Shown here in pieces: positions 55,321 through 64,000 of a stretch of 64,000 bases of DNA (its first letter is position 1; every line of letters starts with the position of its first letter). A program made the translations under genes and the position numbers. The notes beneath the pieces are model-generated. The model made no database searches, had not been told where the DNA came from, and saw only the letters and a program-made list of their open reading frames with translations. The stretch comes from Auanema rhodensis (taxonomy: Eukaryota > Animalia > Nematoda), in assembly GCA_964057225.1 (NCBI GenBank), contig OZ059900.1:496001-560000 (forward strand), read 5' to 3'.

Positions 55321-58300
55321 TACACTAAGTATGGTCGTTTTTATGCCTTTAACACCATATACTCACCGATTTTTGGTACAAAATCTGTAATACTCGTAAA
55401 TTTTGATCATATTCGTTAAGATTTGAGAATCAAACACACAATGCACAAAATCAGTCTATTTTTATGAGCTTGCACTGATATAGATTCATTTTGATCAAAA
55501 AAGGTCGAAAATAGAAAGAATTTTTGAAATTTCCGAGTTTTGAGTCCAATTTGGCTGAATCGCTCATATATATGATCAAAAGCATAGTTTTATTGTCTAT
55601 AACAACAAAAGTCATCAATTAAACGCTAGTGATGTTTTAATACTGAATTTCGCTCAAATAGCATTACTACACTAAGTATGGTCGTTTTTATGCCTTTAAC
55701 ACCATATACTCACCGATTTTTGGTACAAAATCTGTAATACTCGTAAATTTTGATCATATTCGTTAAGATTTGAAAATCAAACACACAATAAACAAAATCA
55801 GTTTATTTTTATGAGTTTGCACTGATATATATTCATTTTGATCAAAAAAGGTCGAAAATAGAAAGAATTTTTGAAATTTCCGAGTTTTGAGTCCAATTTG
55901 GCTGAATCGCTCATATATATGATCAAAAGCATAGTTTTATTGTCTATAACAACAAAAGTCATCAATTGAACGCTAGTGATGTTTTAATACTGAATTTCGC
56001 TCAAATAGCATTACTACACTAAGTATGGTCGTTTTTATGCCTTTAACACCATATACTCACCGATTTTTGGTACAAAATCTGTAATACTCGTAAATTTTGA
56101 TCATATTCGTTAAGATTTGAGAATCAAACACACAATAAACAAAATCAGTTTATTTTTATGAGTTTGCACTGATATATATTCATTTTGATCAAAAAAGGTC
56201 GAAAATAGAAAGAATTTTGGAAATGTCCGAGTTTTGAGTCCAATTTGGCTAAATCGCTCATATATATGATCAAAAGCATAGTTTTATTGTCTATAACAAC
56301 AAAAGTCATCAATTAAACGCTAGTGATGTTCAAATACTGATTTTCGCTCAAATAGCATTACTACACTAAGTATGGTCGTTTTTATGCCTTTAACACCATA
56401 TACTCACCGATTTTTGGTACAAAATCTGTAATACTCGTAAATTTTGATCATATTCGTTAAGATTTGAGAATCATACACACAATACACAAAATCAGTCTAT
56501 TTTTATGAGCTTGCACTGATATATATTCATTTTGATCAAAAAAGGTCGAAAATAGAAAGAATTTTTGAAATTTCCGAGTTTTGAGTCCAATTTGGCTAAA
56601 TCGCTCATATATATGATCAAAAGCATAGTTTTATTGTCTATGACAACAAAAGTCATTAATTAAACACTAATGATGTTTAAATCACTAAATTTCGCTCAAA
56701 TAGCATTACTACACTAAGTATGGTCGTTTTTATGCCTTTAACACCATATACTCACCGATTTTTGGTACAAAATCTGTAATACTCGTAAATTTTGATCATA
56801 TTCGTTAAGATTTGAGAATCAAACACACAATACACAAAATCAGTCTATTTTTATGAGCTTGCACTGATATAGATTCATTTTGATCAAAAAAGGTCGAAAA
56901 TAGAAAGAATTTTTGAAATTTCCGAGTTTTGAGTCCAATTTGGCTGAATCGCTCATATATATGATCAAAAGCATAGTTTTATTGTCTATAACAACAAAAG
57001 TCATCAATTAAACGCTAGTGATGTTTTAATACTGAATTTCGCTCAAATAGCATTACTACACTAAGTATGGTCGTTTTTATGCCTTTAACACCATATACTC
57101 ACCGATTTTTGGTACAAAATCTGTAATACTCGTAAATTTTGATCATATTCGTTAAGATTTGAAAATCAAACACACAATAAACAAAATCAGTTTATTTTTA
57201 TGAGTTTGCACTGATATATATTCATTTTGATCAAAAAAGGTCGAAAATAGAAAGAATTTTGGAAATGTCCGAGTTTTGAGTCCAATTTGGCTAAATCGCT
57301 CATATATATGATCAAAAGCATAGTTTTATTGTCTATGACAACAAAAGTCATTAATTAAACACTAATGATGTTTAAATCACTAAATTTCGCTCAAATAGCA
57401 TTACTACACTAAGTATGGTCGTTTTTATGCCTTTAACACCATATACTCACCGATTTTTGGTACAAAATCTGTAATACTCGTAAATTTTGATCATATTCGT
57501 TAAGATTTGAGAATCAAACACACAATACACAAAATCAGTCTATTTTTATGAGTTTGCACTGATATATATTCATTTTGATCAAAAAAGGTCGAAAATAGAA
57601 AGAATTTTGGAAATGTCCGAGTTTTGAGTCGAATTTGGCTAAATCGCTCATATATATGATCAAAAGCATAGTTTTATTGTCTATGACAACAAAAGTCATT
57701 AATTAAACACTAATGATGTTTAAATCACTAAATTTCGCTCAAATAGCATTACTACACTAAGTATGGTCGTTTTTATGCCTTTAACACCATATACTCACCG
57801 ATTTTTGGTACAAAATCTGTAATACTCGTAAATTTTGATCATATTCGTTAAGATTTGAGAATCAAACACACAATACACAAAATCAGTCTATTTTTATGAG
57901 CTTGCACTGATATAGATTCATTTTGATCAAAAAAGGTCGAAAATAGAAAGAATTTTTGAAATTTCCGAGTTTTGAGTCCAATTTGGCTGAATCGCTCATA
58001 TATATGATCAAAAGCATAGTTTTATTGTCTATAACAACAAAAGTCATCAATTAAACGCTAGTGATGTTTTAATACTGAATTTCGCTCAAATAGCATTACT
58101 ACACTAAGTATGGTCGTTTTTATGCCTTTAACACCATATACTCACCGATTTTTGGTACAAAATCTGTAATACTCGTAAATTTTGATCATATTCGTTAAGA
58201 TTTGAAAATCAAACACACAATAAACAAAATCAGTTTATTTTTATGAGTTTGCACTGATATATATTCATTTTGATCAAAAAAGGTCGAAAATAGAAAGAAT

Positions 58301-60799
58301 TTTTGAATTTTCCGAGTTTTGAGTCCAATTGGGCTAAATCGCTTATATATATGATCAAAAGCATAGTTTTATTGTCTATGACAACAAAAGTCATTAATTA
58401 AACACTAATGATGTTTAAATCACTAAATTTCGCTGAAATAGCATTACTACACTAAGTATGGTCGTTTTTATGCCTTTAACACCATATACTCACCGATTTT
58501 TGGTACAAAATCTGTAATACTCGTAAATTTTGATCATATTCGTTAAGATTTGAGAATCAAACACACAATAAACAAAATCAGTTTATTTTTATGAGTTTGC
58601 ACTGATATATATTCATTTTGATCAAAAAAGGTCGAAAATAGAAAGAATTTTGGAAATGTCCGAGTTTTGAGTCCAATTTGGCTAAATCGCTCATATATAT
58701 GATCAAAAGCATAGTTTTATTGTCTATAACAACAAAAGTCATCAATTAAACGCTAGTGATGTTCAAATACTGATTTTCGCTCAAATAGCATTACTACACT
58801 AAGTATGGTCGTTTTTATGCCTTTAACACCATATACTCACCGATTTTTGGTACAAAATCTGTAATACTCGTAAATTTTGATCATATTCGTTAAGATTTGA
58901 GAATCATACACACAATACACAAAATCAGTCTATTTTTATGAGCTTGCACTGATATATATTCATTTTGATCAAAAAAGGTCGAAAATAGAAAGAATTTTTG
59001 AAATTTCCGAGTTTTGAGTCCAATTTGGCTAAATCGCTCATATATATGATCAAAAGCATAGTTTTATTGTCTATGACAACAAAAGTCATTAATTAAACAC
59101 TAATGATGTTTAAATCACTAAATTTCGCTCAAATAGCATTACTACACTAAGTATGGTCGTTTTTATGCCTTTAACACCATATACTCACCGATTTTTGGTA
59201 CAAAATCTGTAATACTCGTAAATTTTGATCATATTCGTTAAGATTTGAGAATCAAACACACAATACACAAAATCAGTCTATTTTTATGAGCTTGCACTGA
59301 TATAGATTCATTTTGATCAAAAAAGGTCGAAAATAGAAAGAATTTTTGAAATTTCCGAGTTTTGAGTCCAATTTGGCTGAATCGCTCATATATATGATCA
59401 AAAGCATAGTTTTATTGTCTATAACAACAAAAGTCATCAATTAAACGCTAGTGATGTTTAAATCACTAAATTTCGCTCAAATAGCATTACTACACTAAGT
59501 ATGGTCGTTTTTATGCCTTTAACACCATATACTTACCGATTTTTGGTACAAAATCTGTAATACTCGTAAATTTTGATCATATTCGTTAAGATTTGAGAAT
59601 CAAACACACAATACACAAAATCAGTCTATTTTTATGAGCTTGCACTGATATAGATTCATTTTGATCAAAAAAGGTCGAAAATAGAAAGAATTTTTGAAAT
59701 TTCCGAGTTTTGAGTCCAATTTGGCTGAATCGCTCATATATATGATCAAAAGCATAGTTTTATTGTCTATAACAACAAAAGTCATCAATTAAACGCTAGT
59801 GATGTTTTAATACTGAATTTCGCTCAAATAGCATTACTACACTAAGTATGGTCGTTTTTATGCCTTTAACACCATATACTCACCGATTTTTGGTACAAAA
59901 TCTGTAATACTCGTAAATTTTGATCATATTCGTTAAGATTTGAAAATCAAACACACAATAAACAAAATCAGTTTATTTTTATGAGTTTGCACTGATATAT
60001 ATTCATTTTGATCAAAAAAGGTCGAAAATAGAAAGAATTTTTGAATTTTCCGAGTTTTGAGTCCAATTGGGCTAAATCGCTTATATATATGATCAAAAGC
60101 ATAGTTTTATTGTCTATGACAACAAAAGTCATTAATTAAACGCTAGTGATGTTTAAATCACTAAATTTCGCTCAAATAGCATTACTACACTAAGTATGGT
60201 CGTTTTTATGCCTTTAACACCATATACTTACCGATTTTTGGTACAAAATCTGTAATACTCGTAAATTTTGATCATATTCGTTAAGATTTGAGAATCAAAC
60301 ACACAATACACAAAATCAGTCTATTTTTATGAGCTTGCACTGATATAGATTCATTTTGATCAAAAAAGGTCGAAAATAGAAAGAATTTTTGAAATTTCCG
60401 AGTTTTGAGTCCAATTTGGCTGAATCGCTCATATATATGATCAAAAGCATAGTTTTATTGTCTATAACAACAAAAGTCATCAATTAAACGCTAGTGATGT
60501 TTAAATCACTAAATTTCGCTCAAATAGCATTACTACACTAAGTATGGTCGTTTTTATGCCTTTAACACCATATACTTACCGATTTTTGGTACAAAATCTG
60601 TAATACTCGTAAATTTTGATCATATTCGTTAAGATTTGAGAATCAAACACACAATACACAAAATCAGTCTATTTTTATGAGCTTGCACTGATATAGATTC
60701 ATTTTGATCAAAAAAGGTCGAAAATAGAAAGAATTTTTGAAATTTCCGAGTTTTGAGTCCAATTTGGCTGAATCGCTCATATATATGATCAAAAGCATA

Positions 60800-62850
60800 G
60801 TTTTACTGTCTATAACAACAAAAGTCATCAATTAAACGCTAGTGATAATTAAATACTGATTTTCGCTCAAATAGCATTACTACACTAAGTATGGTCGTTT
60901 TTATGCCTTTAACACCATATACTCACCGATTTTTGGTACAAAATCTGTAATACTTGTAAATTTTGATCATATTCGTTAAGATTCGAGAATCAAACACATA
61001 ATACACGAAATAAGTCTATTTTTATGAGTTTGCACTGATATTTATTTATTTTGATCAAAAAAGGTCGAAAATAGAAAGAATTTTTGAATTTTCCGAGTTT
61101 TGAGTCCAATTGGGCTAAATCGCTCATATATATGATCAAAAGCATAGTTTTACTGTCTATAACAACAAAAGTCATCAATTAAACGTTAGTGATATTTAAA
61201 TACTGATTTTCGCTCAAGTAGCATTACTACACTAAGTATGGTCGTTTTTATGCCTTTAACACCATGTACTCACCGATTTTTGGTACAAAATCTGTAATAC
61301 TTGTAAATTTTGATCATATTCGTTAAGATTCGAGAATCAAACACACAATACCCAAAATCAGTCTATTTTTATGAGCTTGCACTGATATATATTCATTTTG
61401 ATCAAAAAAGGTCGAAAATAGAAAGAATTTTTGAAATTTCCGAGTTTTGAGCCCAATTGGGCTAAATCGCTCATATATATGATCAAAAGCATAGTTTTTT
61501 TGTCTATGATAACAAAAGTCTTTGAATATACACTAATAATGTTTAAATCACTGAATTTCACTCAAATAGCATTACTACACTAAGTATGGTCGTTTTTATG
61601 CCTCTAACACCATATACTCACCGATTTTTGGTACAAAATCTGTAATACTTGTAAATTTTGATCATATTCGTTAAGATTCGAGAATCAAACACATAATACA
61701 CGAAATAAGTCTATTTTTATGAGTTTGCACTGATATTTATTTATTTTGATCAAAAAAGGTCGAAAATAGAAAGAATTTTTGAATTTTCCGAGTTTTGAGT
61801 CCAATTGGGCTAAATCGCTCATATATATGATCAAAAGCATAGTTTTACTGTCTATAACAACAAAAGTCATCAATTAAACGTTAGTGATATTTAAATACTG
61901 ATTTTCGCTCAAGTAGCATTACTACACTAAGTATGGTCGTTTTTATGCCTTTAACACCATGTACTCACCGATTTTTGGTACAAAATCTGTAATACTTGTA
62001 AATTTTGATCATATTCGTTAAGATTTGAGAATCAAACACACAATACCCAAAATCAGTCTATTTTTATGAGCTTGCACTGATATATATTCATTTTGATCAA
62101 AAAAGGTCGAAAATAGAAAGAATTTTTGAAATTTCCGAGTTTTGAGCCCAATTGGGCTAAATCGCTCATATATATGATCAAAAGCATAGTTTTTTTGTCT
62201 ATGATAACAAAAGTCTTTGAATATACACTAATAATGTTTAAACCACTGAATTTCACTCAAATAGCATTACTACACTAAGTATGGTCGTTTTTATGCCTCT
62301 AACACCATATACTCACCGATTTTTGGTACAAAATCTGTGATACTCGTAAATTTTGATCATATTCGGTGAGATTCGAGAATCAAACACACAATACACGAAA
62401 TAAGTTTATTTTTACGAGTTTGCACTGATATTTATTCATTTTGATCAAAAAAGGTCGAAAATAGAAAGAATTTTTGAAATTTCCGAGTTTTGAGTCTAAT
62501 TTGGCTAAATCGCTCATATATATGATCAAAAGCATAGTTTTATTGTCTATGATAACAAAAGTCTTCAAATATACACTAATAATGTTTAAATCACTGAATT
62601 TCACTCAAATAGCATTACTACACTAAGTATGGTCGTTTTTATGCCTTTAACACCATATACTCACCGATTTTTGGTACAAAATCTGTAATACTTGTAAATT
62701 TTGATCATATTTGTTAAGATTTGAGAATCAAACACACAATACACAAAATCAGTATATTTTTATGAGTTTGCACTGATATATATTCATTTTGATCAAAAAA
62801 GGTCGAAAATAGAAAGAATTTTGGAAATGTCCGAGTTTTGAGTCGAATTT
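60800..62850. repeat. Divergent cassette, copy 5, rearranged (B-C-B-C-E-F; D absent)
   Basis: ORFs at 60990/61685 and 61358/62053 (offset 695). Private variants AACGTTAG and ATACCCAAAA occur in both dimers. Confidence 0.88.
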
Positions 62851-64000
62851 GGCTAAATCGCTCATATATATGATCAAAAGCATAGTTTTATTGTCTATAA
62901 CAACAAAAGTCATCAATTGAACGCTAGTGATGTTTTAATACTGAATTTCGCTCAAATAGCATTACTACACTAAGTATGGTCGTTTTTATGCCTTTAACAC
63001 CATATACTCACCGATTTTTGGTACAAAATCTGTAATACTCGTAAATTTTGATCATATTCGTTAAGATTTGAAAATCAAACACACAATAAACAAAATCAGT
63101 TTATTTTTATGAGTTTGCACTGATATATATTCATTTTGATCAAAAAAGGTCGAAAATAGAAAGAATTTTTGAATTTTCCGAGTTTTAAGTCCAATTGGGC
63201 TAAATCGCTCATATATATGATCAAAAGCATAGTTTTATTGTCTATGACAACAAAAGTCATTAATTAAACACTAATGATGTTTAAATCACTAAATTTCGCT
63301 CAAATAGCATTACTACACTAAGTATGGTCGTTTTTATGCCTTTAACACCATATACTCACCGATTTTTGGTACAAAATCTGTAATACTCGTAAATTTTGAT
63401 CATATTCGTTAAGATTTGAGAATCAAACACACAATACACAAAATCAGTCTATTTTTATGAGTTTGCACTGATATATATTCATTTTGATCAAAAAAGGTCG
63501 AAAATAGAAAGAATTTTGGAAATGTCCGAGTTTTGAGTCCAATTTGGCTAAATCGCTCATATATATGATCAAAAGCATAGTTTTATTGTCTATAACAACA
63601 AAAGTCATCAATTAAACGCTAGTGATGTTTTAATACTGAATTTCGCTTAAATAGCATTACTACACTAAGTATGGTCGTTTTTATGCCTTTAACACCATAT
63701 ACTCACCGATTTTTGGTACAAAATCTGTAATACTTGTAAATTTTGATCATATTTGTTAAGATTTGAGAATCAAACACACAATACACAAAATCAGTATATT
63801 TTTATGAGTTTGCACTGATATATATTCATTTTGATCAAAAAAGGTCGAAAATAGAAAGAATTTTGGAAATGTCCGAGTTTTGAGTCGAATTTGGCTAAAT
63901 CGCTCATATATATGATCAAAAGCATAGTTTTATTGTCTATAACAACAAAAGTCATCAATTAAACGCTAGTGATGTTTAAATACTGATTTTCGCTCAAATA

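Larger units (their letters stand above)
1..64000. repeat. Tandem satellite DNA array, 347/348-bp monomer, ~184 head-to-tail copies, extending past both window ends
   Basis: AAGCATAGTTTT at 1 recurs at 348. Blocks such as ACTACACTAAGTATGGTCGTTTTTATGCC and AAAGGTCGAAAATAGAAAGAATTTT recur every 347-348 bp to the end of the window with no unique sequence in between. Confidence 0.99.

Noticed and set aside
198-62604. 27 minus-strand ORFs of 62-74 aa (MMTFVVID.../MKFSDLN...)
   Set aside because: They lie wholly within satellite monomers and pass the 60-aa cutoff only where SNPs remove a stop codon or add an upstream ATG. Most monomers have the frame truncated and there is no recognisable domain, so they are treated as spurious.
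1-64000. CRISPR-like or variable-cassette (antigenic variation/DGR) array
   Set aside because: There are no unique spacers: the variable parts are only SNP alleles of one sequence. No cas, reverse transcriptase or recombinase gene is present.

Overview
The entire 64 kb is one uninterrupted, head-to-tail tandem array of an AT-rich satellite DNA. The monomer is 347/348 bp, about 28-29% GC by hand count of bases 1-347, with about 184 copies all in the same orientation. I see no genes, RNA genes, transposon insertions, inversions or CRISPR spacers. The minus-strand ORFs in the track are by-products of point variants in a divergent monomer subfamily. This is most likely eukaryotic (peri)centromeric or other heterochromatic satellite; I cannot assign a family or taxon. 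The interesting structure is at two scales. (1) Inside the monomer: it looks like an ancient diverged dimer of ~170/177 bp halves, carrying three TGATCA-core 12-mers arranged as inverted flank / central palindrome / inverted flank, plus several dyads. (2) Across the array: diagnostic SNPs reveal a patchwork of competing higher-order repeats (7-, 8-, 9- and 15-mers), larger in-register block duplications (offsets of 23, 30, 32, 112 and 154 monomers), hybrid monomers and apparent gene-conversion patches. Monomer type letters are my own labels and all alignments were done by eye. I found no evidence of a novel protein-coding system.
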